Source of the DNA: a candidate division WOR-3 bacterium
GTDB lineage: Bacteria; Hydrothermota; Hydrothermia; LBFQ01; DSFT01
Assembly (NCBI GenBank): GCA_965649115.1
Contig: CBFGJN010000038.1
Coordinates: 1 to 18,575 of the forward strand
Length of the DNA stretch: 18,575 nucleotides
Direction: 5' to 3'
The notes below the pieces were generated by a model, which saw only the letters and a list, made by a program, of their open reading frames with translations, was not told where the DNA came from and made no database searches. Numbering within the stretch: the stretch's first letter is position 1; each line of letters opens with the position of its first letter. Below are positions 1-10,048 of this stretch, piece by piece. The translations under genes were made by a program, and so were the position numbers.

Positions 1-95
1 CCCCCTAATAATCCCCCCATTAAATCTATAATTTCTTTAAAAATTTTATAAGTTATTGATTATCAAGTGATTGAGAATAATTATTGGACAAAGCA
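1..95 (+). mobile_element. MITE-like element copy 1 (right part only, cut by window start)
   Basis: Starts CCCCC-N7-CCCCCC, has the 25-bp dyad at 49-73 and ends AATTATTGGACAAAGCA (79-95), identical to 17577-17593. Confidence 0.75.
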
Positions 96-365
96 ATTCC
101 TGTGCAATCCAATTTGAATAAGATGCTTGAATAGAATAAAATCTTTTACCACTTATATCTATTAAACCCCAATTTATACCTGCAGAAAATTGAGTATTAT
201 TATCGTCATAAAAAAATTGGGATTATAAAATTGTTTAGTTTGAATGTAATTACCTCTTGCTTTTTCAACCTCATAAAAATTTATTAAAACATCATAATTC
301 TTCTTTTTTAAAATTTCTATACCATCTTTTAAAGTTATGATTTCAGATATTAAAATGAAAATCAC
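96..365 (-). pseudogene. N-terminal remnant of a TolC/CzcC-family outer-membrane efflux protein
   Basis: ORF 174..365 (ITLKDGIEILKKKNYDV..EKARGNYIQTKQFYNPNF). Adding one base in the A7 run at 210-216 continues it as YDDNNTQFSAGINWGLIDISGKRFYSIQAS, like the TolC/CzcC pattern LTL.EAI...N....A.G...Q....PNP....ELGGKR. It runs into the element TIR at 95. Confidence 0.55.
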
Positions 366-389
366 TCACAAGGAACTACTTACAGCTTA

Positions 390-401
390 AAATTTTAAAG
401 G
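390..401 (-). promoter_or_regulatory. CCTTTAAAATTT -10-like motif upstream of the TolC remnant
   Basis: Exact match to the recurrent motif; TAAAAT ends 26 nt before the GTG at 365 (longer leader than the others). Confidence 0.45.
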
Positions 402-419
402 ATAATTATCATCTACTTT

Positions 420-574
420 TGCTGTGTCCAGTAATTCTGAAAATATAATCATTTCTATATTTTCCCACACACCCTACGAACAAGGCTTCACCTTTAAAAT
501 ACCCATATTTCGGCTTTGGGGAGCTTTGAATAGTTTCAGTAAATTTTTTATAAGTTATTGATAAAGACAAAGTA
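420..574 (+). mobile_element. MITE-like element copy 2 (degenerate, with likely 9-bp TSD)
   Basis: 420-515 aligns by hand to 17417-17513 at about 85% identity. Left end TGCTGTGTCCAGTAATT, eroded right end GACAAAGTA; flanks ATCTACTTT (411-419) and ATCTACTAT (575-583). Confidence 0.75.
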
Positions 575-662
575 ATCTACTATTACCTTCTTCTGCTTTG
601 GAGAGTTTAACCTCAATTCCAGTAAAATTTTATTAGAAATCCACCAAAATACTTGAAATTAG

Positions 663-674
663 CCTTTAAAATTT
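663..674 (+). promoter_or_regulatory. CCTTTAAAATTT -10-like motif
   Basis: TAAAAT 667-672, 8 nt before GTG 681; no Shine-Dalgarno. Confidence 0.6.
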
Positions 675-680
675 TCAAAA

Positions 681-2611
681 GTGAAAAAATTTATATTTAA
701 CTTTTTAATTATCTTAATAATAAGCATTATTTTTTTACGACCACAAATTTTCAAAGAGGATATTAGATTATCAATGAAGACAGCTTATTATTTTCATGGA
801 TTTCCGATAACAGCGATTATCAAAACTAGTCCTATAAATGAATTAAAAGAATATGAAGTTAAAATAATACCAATAAAATCAAATATATGGATTGGTGGAA
901 TAGAGAGTGATTATGAAGCTTTCAATTTATGGGATTTAAATTTACCTAAGGATTGGACTATTTCTGGACCAGAGAATAAAGCTTGGGCTTGGATAAATCA
1001 ATATGATGAAAATAATAAAAATGATTTAAAAATTAAAATTAGAGCCAAGAACTATATAAAAATTCTTTTTGGATATCATCCCACATATGGAATAGTAAAA
1101 GTAAAAATTGATAATGTTGAAAAAATTTTCAATTTATCAAGCGATAGCCCTTATGTTAAATGGGATACTATTTACACCAAAGTGCTTTCAAATTTTTCAG
1201 TATCGCCTGAAAGTAGAGAAGTTATTTTAGATAATAATTTTAGAGAAAAGTTAAATCCTAATTATTTTTAAGTTTTTTTAAACATTTTAATTGTTATTTT
1301 TTATAGTTTTATTTTTTCAGCTATTTTAACATTTTCAAAAAATTTATTTTTGAGGCATTTCTCAATAATTTTTACAATTCTTTTTATTTATTTTCTTGCT
1401 TATTTCCCAGGAATTTATAATTCAGACTCAGTGGATCAAGTTAATCAGGCAATAACAATTCATATAAATGATTGGCATACACCATTTCATACCTTAACAT
1501 TTTTAATAGTTTTAAAAATTTTTAAGCATATTGGATTTTATATTTTCATTCAAATTATTTTAAGTTCAATTTTATTTGCTTGGATTACAAGTAAATTTAA
1601 AATTAAGGAAATTTTTATAGTTTTATTCTTTTTATTTCCATTAACTTCACTTTTTTTAATAACTGCTTGGAAAGATACACCTTGGACACTTTCTTTAATT
1701 TGGTTTTCATTTTTATTATATTTTTCACATAAAGAAAATAAATTTAATTTATTAGCTTTTATTATATCACTTTCTTTTATAATGCTTTTTAGATATAATG
1801 GGATTATTCTTGTTCCATTGCTTTTAGTTTTTATGATTAATTGTTTAAAGATAAAATTAAAAAAATCATAACAATATCAATACCCTTGGTTTTCATATAT
1901 TTTGTTTCAAATTTCTTTTTCTATAATATCCTTAATGTTAAAAGAACATACTTCAATTACTCAAAGGATTTTCTTGTTATATCTCATTATGTTGTTAATA
2001 ACTATCCATTTGATGAGAAAGATAAAAGAATTATAGAAGAAATAATGCCATTTAATAAAATTAAAGAAAGATATAATTGTTTAACAGTTAATCCATTATT
2101 TTGGGGACATCCATACCTCCATTATGATAAATATATAAAATATAGAGATGAAATTAGAAGAATTCTTTTTAAATTATTTTTTTCTGACTTTTCAACATTT
2201 TTTGAAAGTATTTTATGTTCCTCATCGTACATTTATTATCTAAATCAATCTTTTAATATCTATAGATATCATTCTAATGATTATATTGAATGGGATTTGG
2301 AGAAAGCAAAACTATTTATAAATCCTAAACTTCCACAAATTCAAAAAATTATTGAAAAAATTACAGATTTAATTTTTAATTATTTTAAAATTTTAACAAC
2401 AGCAGCAATTTACTTTTATTTAGTGATATTTTTATTTTTTAAACTGAAAAATTATCGCTTAATTTTAATTCCTACGATTTTAAATACAATTATCTTCATT
2501 TTTATATCAGTTTCAAATGATTGGAGATTTTTAGCAGGAAATTACTTCATTTCAGTTTTGATAGCTTTAAAATTTATAACTTATGAAAAGAACAATAAAA
2601 GCTCCAATTAG
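681..2611 (+). pseudogene. Disrupted multi-pass membrane protein, DUF6020-like/putative GT-C glycosyltransferase with N-terminal extracytoplasmic domain (~640 aa if intact)
   Basis: ORFs 681 and 1350 are in the same frame, separated only by TAA 1269-1271; the intervening codons read as a TM helix (VFLNILIVIFYSFIFSAILTF). A second break is a 1-nt frameshift near 1838-1841. Motifs FPG..NSDS..Q, DWHTPFHT, WKD, RYNG and C-terminal DWRF. Confidence 0.65.
2564..2575 (+). promoter_or_regulatory. GCTTTAAAATTT -10-like motif inside the upstream CDS
   Basis: TAAAAT 2568-2573, 9 nt before ATG 2583. Confidence 0.55.
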
Positions 2612-4859
2612 AGGTCTTACATGTGCTAATTGTGTAAGAACTGTTAAAAGCATCATTAATTCCGAAAAAGATGTTTATTTTGTTGATGTTGATTTGGCAA
2701 GTGAATTATTAACAATTGAATTTGGAGAAAATTTTAATTTTAAAAAAATTAAAAAAGAACTTGATAGCATTGGTTATGAGATTATTGCTAAAATTTATGA
2801 AATTTATTTAGAAAATTTTGATGAAAATTTAGAAAATTATTTAAAAAATGAAAAATTAATTTTAAATTATTTTTATGATTTTCAAACAAAAACTTTAAAA
2901 ATTGAAACATTAATGCAAGTTGATGAAATTATAAAAAATTTAAATAAGCTTGGATATGAGGCATATTTATTAGATGAAGGAAAAAGTTCATTTGATATTG
3001 AATATGAAAAGCGAAAAAAGGAATTAAACGATATTAAATTAAGAGCAATTTTTTCTTCAATTTTAGCATTTCCACTAATTTTACATGAATTTTCACTACC
3101 ATTAAATCCAATTATTCAACTATTACTTGTAATCCCTATTCAATTTTATTTTGGTTTTTACTTTATAAAGAATGCTTTAAAGTCATTGAAATTCTTTAAT
3201 TTTGACATGAATGTTTTAATTTCAATTGGAACACTATCTGCATTTTTTGGTTCATTTTTACATTTTTTAAATCCAGATATTTTCAAGCATGTTTATTTTT
3301 CAACAAGTGGTATTATTATTAGTGTTATTTTAATTGGAAAATTTTTTGAAACAAGAGCAAAATTTAAAGTTTTTGAGAATTTAAAAAATTTATATATTAA
3401 AAAGCCAAGAAAAGCAATAATTTTAGATAATGGAATTGAAAAGGAAATTGAGATTTCAAAATTAAATGAAGGTGATATTTTTATTATTAAAGAAGGAAAT
3501 ATGGTTGTAGCAGATGGAGAAATTATTGAAGGAGAAGGTTATTTTGATGAAAGTGCATTTAGTGGTGAATTTAAACCAGTTAGAAAAACAAAAGGTGATA
3601 GAATTTTTGAAGGAACAATTTTAAAGGAAGGCTATATTAAAGCAAAAGCAATTAGAGTAGGGAATAAAACGATATTAAATGAAATTTTAAAACTTTCAAG
3701 ATATGCACAGCGAGAAAAGTCTTCTCTTGAAAATTTAGCTAATAAAATTTCATCTATTTTTACTCCAATAGTTATTTTCTTTGCTATATTTGTTTTTATA
3801 TTTCAATTATTTAATGTTGGAGTTGAGAGAGCGTTATTAAGTTTTATTTCTGTTCTTGTAGTTGCTTGTCCATGTGCAATAGGAATAGCAATTCCACTTG
3901 TTGTAGCTGTTGCTATAAATAAAGGTTTAAAAAATGGTATCATTATTAAGAATTCATCAGCATTAGAGAGAGCAAATTCAATAAATGTAGTAATTTTTGA
4001 CAAAACGGGAACACTTACAAAGGGAAACTTAACATTAAAAACGAAAATTCCTTATGAGCATTTAATTTATTTAGCATCAATTGAAAGATATAATGACCAT
4101 CCAATTTCAAAAGCAATTTTAAGTGCTTATAATAGTAATAAATTTTATGATATTAGTAATTTTGAATATATAAAAGGGGAGGGTGTTAGAGGCATTGTAA
4201 ATGGTAGAAAGGTTATTATTGGAAATAAAAAAATTTTTGAAAGGGAAGATATAAAAATAACTTATGATTTGGCATATTATATTGATGGATTTGGTATTTT
4301 TGAGATTGAATTTATTGATGAAATTAAAGAAAATGCTAAAAACTTAATAAAAATTTTGAAGAAAAATTATAGAATTATTGTTTTGAGTGGCGATAGTTAT
4401 GAAAATGTTAAAAGTGTTTGTAATGAATTAGATATAGATGAATTTTATGCTAATTTAAGTCCATTTGATAAACTAAAAGTTCTTGAAGATATTAAGTCAA
4501 AAGGAAATAGGGTTTTATATATTGGAGATGGAATAAATGATGCTATTGTTCTATCAAAATCGGATTTATCAATTGCAGTTTCAAATGCTCTTGATATTGT
4601 AAAAGAAAGTGGAGATATTATTTTAGTTAAAAATGATATTGAAAACATATATAACGCAATTGAACTTTCAAAAATAGCAAGTAATAAAATGAGATGGAAT
4701 TTGTTTTGGACATTTATTTATAACATTATTTTAATACCATTTGCAGGATTTTATCCACATTTTAATCCAATATGGTCTGCTTTTGCGATGGCTTTATCTG
4801 ATATTTTTGTAGTTTCAAATGCTATTTATAATTGGACCTCTTCTAAAAAGTTCGTATGA
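2583..4859 (+). CDS. copA: Copper-translocating P1B-type ATPase
   Basis: HMA GLTCANC, CPC in TM6, DKTGT phosphorylation site, HP, GDGIND, YN and MxxS in the C-terminal helices. Confidence 0.9.
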   Translation: MKRTIKAPIRGLTCANCVRTVKSIINSEKDVYFVDVDLASELLTIEFGENFNFKKIKKELDSIGYEIIAKIYEIYLENFDENLENYLKNEKLILNYFYDFQTKTLKIETLMQVDEIIKNLNKLGYEAYLLDEGKSSFDIEYEKRKKELNDIKLRAIFSSILAFPLILHEFSLPLNPIIQLLLVIPIQFYFGFYFIKNALKSLKFFNFDMNVLISIGTLSAFFGSFLHFLNPDIFKHVYFSTSGIIISVILIGKFFETRAKFKVFENLKNLYIKKPRKAIILDNGIEKEIEISKLNEGDIFIIKEGNMVVADGEIIEGEGYFDESAFSGEFKPVRKTKGDRIFEGTILKEGYIKAKAIRVGNKTILNEILKLSRYAQREKSSLENLANKISSIFTPIVIFFAIFVFIFQLFNVGVERALLSFISVLVVACPCAIGIAIPLVVAVAINKGLKNGIIIKNSSALERANSINVVIFDKTGTLTKGNLTLKTKIPYEHLIYLASIERYNDHPISKAILSAYNSNKFYDISNFEYIKGEGVRGIVNGRKVIIGNKKIFEREDIKITYDLAYYIDGFGIFEIEFIDEIKENAKNLIKILKKNYRIIVLSGDSYENVKSVCNELDIDEFYANLSPFDKLKVLEDIKSKGNRVLYIGDGINDAIVLSKSDLSIAVSNALDIVKESGDIILVKNDIENIYNAIELSKIASNKMRWNLFWTFIYNIILIPFAGFYPHFNPIWSAFAMALSDIFVVSNAIYNWTSSKKFV

Positions 4860-6172
4860 ATATCTCCTTTCTTAAATTTTTCATTATCTATTATTTTTAA
4901 ATGTAATGGAATAATTGTCTTAATCCCTTCACCCCTTATAACGAATTCTTCTAATGCTCTTTTTAATCTTTTTATTGCCTTTTCTCTATTTTCATCCCAT
5001 ACGATAAGTTTGGCAATTAAAGAATCATAATATGGTGGAATTACATAACCTGAATATATATGACTATCAATTCTTATTCCAGGGCCTCCTGGTTTATGAA
5101 CAAAATCAATTTTTCCAGCAGTTGGTGTAAAATTCCTTTCTGGGTCTTCTGCGGTTATCCTTGCTTCAATAGCATGACCATTAAATTTTATATCTTCCTG
5201 TTTAAATTTTAATTTTTCTCCTGCTGCTATTAATATCATTTCTTTTACAATATCAACATTTGTAATCATTTCAGTTACAGGATGCTCAACTTGAATTCTT
5301 GTGTTCATTTCAATAAAATATATATTTCCATTTTTATCCATTAAAAATTCCATTGTTCCAGCTGAATAATAACCAATCTCTTTTGCTCCCTTTACTGCTG
5401 TCTCTCCAAGCCACTTCCTTTTATTATCATCAAGCGCTGGACTTAATGCTTCCTCAATAATTTTTTGATGTCTTCTTTGAATTGAACATTCTCTCTCTCC
5501 AAGATAAACGATATTTCCATATTTATCTCCAAGCAATTGAATTTCAATATGCCTAGGTTTTTCCAAGTACTTTTCTATATAAACTCTTCCATCACCAAAT
5601 GCATTTAGTGCTTCATTACTTGCAGATAAAAATGCATTTATAAATTCTTTTTCATCATTAACAAGTCTCATACCTCTTCCACCTCCACCTGCTGCCGCTT
5701 TTATAATAACAGGAAATCCTATTTCCTTTGCTATTTTTAAACCTTCATTTGGGTCTTCAATTGGATCTTCACTTCCAGGAACAACAGGCACACCAGCTTT
5801 CTTCATAATTTTTTTTGCTTGAATTTTGTCTCCCATAGCTCTTATTGCCTCAGGAGGAGGTCCTATAAATATTATATTATGGTCTCTACACATTTCAGCA
5901 AATTCTGGATTTTCTGCCAAGAAACCATATCCAGGATGAATAGCATCTGCCCCCGATATTTCACAAGCAGCAATGATACTTCTCATATTTAAATAACTAT
6001 CTTTTGGAGATGGTGGTCCTATTCTAATTGCATAATCAGCAAGCATAACATGTAATGAATTTTCATCAGCTGATGAGTAAATAGCTACACTTTCTATTCC
6101 AAGTTCTTTTAGTGCATATATAATTCTAACTGCTATTTCACCTCTATTAGCAACTAAAACTCTCTTAATCAT
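4826..6172 (-). CDS. accC: Acetyl-CoA carboxylase biotin carboxylase subunit
   Basis: [66 protein letters not shown] 9 nt upstream. Confidence 0.95.
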   Translation of the reverse strand: MIKRVLVANRGEIAVRIIYALKELGIESVAIYSSADENSLHVMLADYAIRIGPPSPKDSYLNMRSIIAACEISGADAIHPGYGFLAENPEFAEMCRDHNIIFIGPPPEAIRAMGDKIQAKKIMKKAGVPVVPGSEDPIEDPNEGLKIAKEIGFPVIIKAAAGGGGRGMRLVNDEKEFINAFLSASNEALNAFGDGRVYIEKYLEKPRHIEIQLLGDKYGNIVYLGERECSIQRRHQKIIEEALSPALDDNKRKWLGETAVKGAKEIGYYSAGTMEFLMDKNGNIYFIEMNTRIQVEHPVTEMITNVDIVKEMILIAAGEKLKFKQEDIKFNGHAIEARITAEDPERNFTPTAGKIDFVHKPGGPGIRIDSHIYSGYVIPPYYDSLIAKLIVWDENREKAIKRLKRALEEFVIRGEGIKTIIPLHLKIIDNEKFKKGDIHTNFLEEVQL

Positions 6173-6416
6173 ATATTATTCCCTCCTTTTTAAGTTCATT
6201 TATTAAATTTTCAATATCTTCCTTTGCTTTATTTTCACTTACATTATAAATTTCAATATATTTTTTTATCATATCTTCAATTTTTTCATTTTTTAAAATC
6301 CATTCAAATATCAAGGAAGCACTTAAATTAAGACTAATTAATTTATCATTTATAGGGTCATATATTACATATTTATCATCAACAATTTCAATCACTAAAT
6401 TATCCTTTACTTTCAT
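6165..6416 (-). CDS. PqqD-family protein / RiPP recognition element
   Basis: 83 aa: beta strands, then LNxSAxxIF, then helices ending Y.V....A..DI..LI.EL.K.GII, the typical PqqD/RRE pattern. Confidence 0.8.
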   Translation of the reverse strand: MKVKDNLVIEIVDDKYVIYDPINDKLISLNLSASLIFEWILKNEKIEDMIKKYIEIYNVSENKAKEDIENLINELKKEGIIYD

Positions 6417-6970
6417 CTTGGTGTTATAATTCCAAGTAAAATTAAAAGTGATATTGTATTAGTTAAGAGATTTAAAAATGGAAGTAAATCTTGCCACCTA
6501 AATTCTTCTTTTAAATAAACTTTAATAATATCATCTGGCATTAATTGAAAATCATAATTTTCCTTTCTTATTAAAATTGCTTTATTATTTCTAATCAAAA
6601 TAACTCTTTCTATTTTTTCATCTTGAAATTTACCACTTGAAAATAAAACAAATCTAATATCCATTCCCTTCTGATAATCAATAACAGCAGACAATTCCTT
6701 ATTTGTCATAACATAAACCTTAGGAGGAATTTTATTTAATATAATAATAGATATTTTTGCAAGTGGATAAATATCTTTAATTCTTTGAGATATACTATCT
6801 TGTGCGGAAATCAAATCAATGTTAGCAAGTTTAAAATATCCAAAAGGTTGAATTAATGCATACCCATCATTATCAATTATTGTTTTTACTTGATAGTTAT
6901 ATCCGATGAAATCTATTTGTAAAATATCACCCACTCTTAGCGTATCTAATTGGATGATTAAAAATATCAA
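6413..6970 (-). CDS. Polysaccharide export (Wza/Poly_export + SLBB-like) protein
   Basis: LRVGD.L.I....., IDNDG....PFG, KVYV, QLMPDDII.V and a C-terminal amphipathic/hydrophobic helix; TTG start. Confidence 0.65.
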   Translation of the reverse strand: MIFLIIQLDTLRVGDILQIDFIGYNYQVKTIIDNDGYALIQPFGYFKLANIDLISAQDSISQRIKDIYPLAKISIIILNKIPPKVYVMTNKELSAVIDYQKGMDIRFVLFSSGKFQDEKIERVILIRNNKAILIRKENYDFQLMPDDIIKVYLKEEFRWQDLLPFLNLLTNTISLLILLGIITPR

Positions 6971-8831
6971 GTTTTAAAAGTTTAAAGGCTAAAAGCAAAC
7001 CTCCTATAATCATAATAATTGGTCCAAGCCAAAGAATTTGAATAAATGGCTCAAAAAATAAAACTAAATATAGCTTATTATTTTCTTCATCAACCTCGCC
7101 AATCGCAATATATATATCGCCTTTAATTGTCGTTATAATATCTACTTCTGGTGTTTTCATATTCCATTTGTGATAAAATCTAAGTTCTGGCTCACTTTCA
7201 ATAACTTTATTATTATGCTCAATTTTTAATTTAACTCTATTATAAGAATAGTCATTTTCAAAACCATTTTTTACATCTTCAAATTTAATTTTATAATCTA
7301 AAAATTGGACAATTTCATTCTTTGAAAGAATAACTTCTTTTCTTTGTTTAAATAAACTATTTGAAATTATTCCAATAGATAATATAGCTACACCAAGGTG
7401 AACAATTGTGCCAGGTCTTAATGTTTTTAATTCAAAAAATAGAAAATTTAAAATAATTAAAAAAATTGAAAAAAAACAAACAAAAACAACAAAATCAAAT
7501 GTTTTAAAAATTAATAATAGCATTAAAGAAATTATAAGTGAAAGAGTAGTAGGAATGATAAATTTTTTAAGGTAATTTTTAGGAATTTTATTATATGGAA
7601 TATATGGGGCAAATGACATTAAAAATAACATTATTGTAAATGGAATATATGTTGATTTCTCAAAAAATGTTGAACCAAAAACAATTTGTTCCTTTAAAAT
7701 GATATTTGAAATAAATGGAAATAGTGTTCCAAAAGCAACAATAAAAGCAATAATAACAAGTATCCAATTATTTAATAAATAAAAGCCTTCTCTTGAAAGC
7801 AAATTATCTATGGTTTTTTCAGATTTTAGAGAATTATAACTTCTTAAAAATAAAACAAATGAAAAAATTAATATAATAAGTATAAACCCAAAGAAAATTC
7901 CTCCAATTTCACTTTGAGCAAAACTATGAACTGATATTAAAGCTCCACTTCTTGTAATATATGTACCAATTAGGACAAATATAAATGTTAAAATTGTAAG
8001 AAAGACATTCCATACTTTAAACATACCAAAATTTTCAGATAAAATTATTGAATGAATAAGTGCTGTTAATGTTAGCCAAGGAATAAAAGAAGCGTTTTCA
8101 ACAGGGTCCCAAGCCCAATAACCACCCCATCCAAGTTCCAAATAGGCCCATCTTCCTCCAAAGTATATTCCAAGTGTCAAAAATATCCAGGGTAAAATTA
8201 TCCATTTTTTCAATTCTTTAAATATCTCTTTATTGAAGTTCTTTGAAATTAAAGCACCAATTATTATTGAAAATGGAATAGCAATTCCCGTATAACCAAG
8301 ATATAAACTTAAAGGATGAACATGCATCCACCAAGTAAAAAGTAAAGGATTTAAGCCTCTTCCATCAGGAAAAATTTGAGGACTTTCTCTAAATGGATTT
8401 GAAAATAAAAAAGAAACACTTATAAAGAATAGATAAACAATAATCATTGAAAAAGTTGAAAAGTTGTAAATTTCCTTATATTTTTTGAAATTTGAATTTA
8501 AGAATAACATAACATAAATTCCATAAATTAAATTCCAAAATAACATAGAACCATCCATTCCAGCCCAAAATCCAGCAATTCTATAAATAATAGGTGTTGA
8601 ATTTGTAACTTGAAGAGCAACATAATATATTGAATAATCTCCAATAATAAGGGCAAAAATAAGATATACTGATGATAGAACAATAAAAATAAATGATAAA
8701 ATTAAAGCTCTTTTTGACGATATTAAAAATTTTTCGTTTTTAAAAAAATTTCCAACAGTTGAAGAAATGAAACTATATAAAATGAATATAAATGCTAATG
8801 CTAATGTTAGTGTTCCGATTTTAGAAATCAA
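6927..8831 (-). CDS. ccmF: Cytochrome c-type biogenesis heme lyase CcmF/NrfE
   Basis: GLNPLL, HP..LY.GY, WAY.ELGWGGYWAWDPVENAS (WWD domain), TRSG...SVHSF, many TM helices. Confidence 0.93.
   Translation of the reverse strand: MISKIGTLTLALAFIFILYSFISSTVGNFFKNEKFLISSKRALILSFIFIVLSSVYLIFALIIGDYSIYYVALQVTNSTPIIYRIAGFWAGMDGSMLFWNLIYGIYVMLFLNSNFKKYKEIYNFSTFSMIIVYLFFISVSFLFSNPFRESPQIFPDGRGLNPLLFTWWMHVHPLSLYLGYTGIAIPFSIIIGALISKNFNKEIFKELKKWIILPWIFLTLGIYFGGRWAYLELGWGGYWAWDPVENASFIPWLTLTALIHSIILSENFGMFKVWNVFLTILTFIFVLIGTYITRSGALISVHSFAQSEIGGIFFGFILIILIFSFVLFLRSYNSLKSEKTIDNLLSREGFYLLNNWILVIIAFIVAFGTLFPFISNIILKEQIVFGSTFFEKSTYIPFTIMLFLMSFAPYIPYNKIPKNYLKKFIIPTTLSLIISLMLLLIFKTFDFVVFVCFFSIFLIILNFLFFELKTLRPGTIVHLGVAILSIGIISNSLFKQRKEVILSKNEIVQFLDYKIKFEDVKNGFENDYSYNRVKLKIEHNNKVIESEPELRFYHKWNMKTPEVDIITTIKGDIYIAIGEVDEENNKLYLVLFFEPFIQILWLGPIIMIIGGLLLAFKLLKLDIFNHPIRYAKSG
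6977..6988 (-). promoter_or_regulatory. CCTTTAAACTTT -10-like motif inside ccmF 3' end
   Basis: TAAACT (6984-6979), 8 nt before TTG 6970. Confidence 0.55.
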
Positions 8832-8835
8832 ATGA

Positions 8836-8847
8836 AAATTTTAAAGC
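8836..8847 (-). promoter_or_regulatory. GCTTTAAAATTT -10-like motif overlapping the GT4 stop codon
   Basis: TAAAAT (8843-8838), 6 nt before TTG 8831. Confidence 0.55.
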
Positions 8848-10007
8848 TCTTTATAAAGGGGGCTAAAAAGCTCCTTATAAAACTTTTCAAAAACATTTGT
8901 ATCTTTATATTTTTCTATATTTTTTGGAATTAATAATCTATCATTTTCCCAATCATTATAAAGCTTTGAAAAAACCTCAATAATTTCATTACTATCATCA
9001 ATATCTGCTAAATAGATATTTTCAATTTCTAAAAATTCCTCGTACATTACATTATCTCTTGGAATAATCGCTAACATTGGTTTTTTAAAAACTAATAACT
9101 CCTTACTTTTATTCTTGCTTATTAATTCATAACCTTTTATTCTATCAAGACAGACCAAAAAAACGTCAACTTCAACATCATTTATTTTCTCAAAAGAGAT
9201 TTTTCCTTTATACTCAACAAACGGAAATTTAATAATTTCATTAATTGTTCCATCAGTAGCAAAACCATATAAATATATTTTAAAATTTAATTTTCCAAAT
9301 AAAGGACTTATGGATTTGAAAACCTTTTCCAAACCTTGAATTTTATAAATTGTACCAAAATGTCCAATTCTTAAAAAATGAGCTTTCTTCACATTTTGTT
9401 CTATTTTAATAGAACTATCCCAAAAATGAGGAAGAACATATATATTTTTCGTTTTATATCTTTTTTCAAGATATTCTTTTGCTTTTTTATTTAAAACAAT
9501 AACTTTTTTTGCTTTTTTTAAAATATATTGTTCAAATTTTTCAGATAGAAACTTTTGAATAGGTGAATTTATTAATCCTAAATCATTATATGTCCAAATG
9601 TCCCTAAAATCAACTATCAATTTATCTTTCGGAACTAATAAAGAAAATAATAATGCACTAAAAGGAGGAGAAGTTATTATTACATAATCTGGATTGTATT
9701 TATTAATTAAATTTTTAAACTTCTTAAAACCTTTAAAAAAAAATGTTATTCTTCTATCAGGCCAACCAATAAATTTAAAAAAGCTAAATTTATCTTTAAT
9801 TTCCTTACTTATTGGTTCATTTTCTATCCATATAACATTAAATTCCTTTCCTAAGTTCGTTTCAATTTTTTCTTCACCTTTATTTGAAAAAATTAAAACA
9901 TCATTTCCTTTATCTTTTAAGAGTTTTGCAATTTTATATATTCTTAAATATCCAACAGGAGGACCATAAGGAGGAAAATAATATGAAACAATAAGAAACT
10001 TCTTCAT
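8841..10007 (-). CDS. Glycosyltransferase, GT-B fold (family 4-like)
   Basis: IVSYYFPP..G..R, PD...TSPPFS, DFRD.W, GHFGT, K..E......KP.LA. Confidence 0.85.
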   Translation of the reverse strand: MKKFLIVSYYFPPYGPPVGYLRIYKIAKLLKDKGNDVLIFSNKGEEKIETNLGKEFNVIWIENEPISKEIKDKFSFFKFIGWPDRRITFFFKGFKKFKNLINKYNPDYVIITSPPFSALLFSLLVPKDKLIVDFRDIWTYNDLGLINSPIQKFLSEKFEQYILKKAKKVIVLNKKAKEYLEKRYKTKNIYVLPHFWDSSIKIEQNVKKAHFLRIGHFGTIYKIQGLEKVFKSISPLFGKLNFKIYLYGFATDGTINEIIKFPFVEYKGKISFEKINDVEVDVFLVCLDRIKGYELISKNKSKELLVFKKPMLAIIPRDNVMYEEFLEIENIYLADIDDSNEIIEVFSKLYNDWENDRLLIPKNIEKYKDTNVFEKFYKELFSPLYKEL

Positions 10008-10012
10008 TTTTT

Positions 10013-10024
10013 AAATTTTATAGT
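10013..10024 (-). promoter_or_regulatory. ACTATAAAATTT variant -10-like motif
   Basis: TAAAAT (10020-10015), 7 nt before ATG 10007. Confidence 0.5.
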
Positions 10025-10028
10025 TCAT

Positions 10029-10040
10029 CCTTTAAACTTT
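10029..10040 (+). promoter_or_regulatory. CCTTTAAACTTT -10-like motif
   Basis: TAAACT 10033-10038, 10 nt before ATG 10049. Confidence 0.55.
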
Positions 10041-10048
10041 AAAACATT

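Noticed and set aside
345..385. FLVSDFHF reading resembling a metallophosphoesterase motif I
   Set aside because: The frame is full of stops, and the alternative frame gives a longer coherent TolC-like reading.
399..414. GATAATTATC palindrome as a Fur-like box
   Set aside because: Short and AT-rich, a single occurrence; cannot be distinguished from chance.
1269..1271. Stop-codon reassignment or programmed readthrough
   Set aside because: TAA terminates most other genes normally, and the same gene has an independent frameshift.
3803..4648. Antisense ORFs 3803..4003 and 4445..4648
   Set aside because: Shadows of the well-conserved copA.
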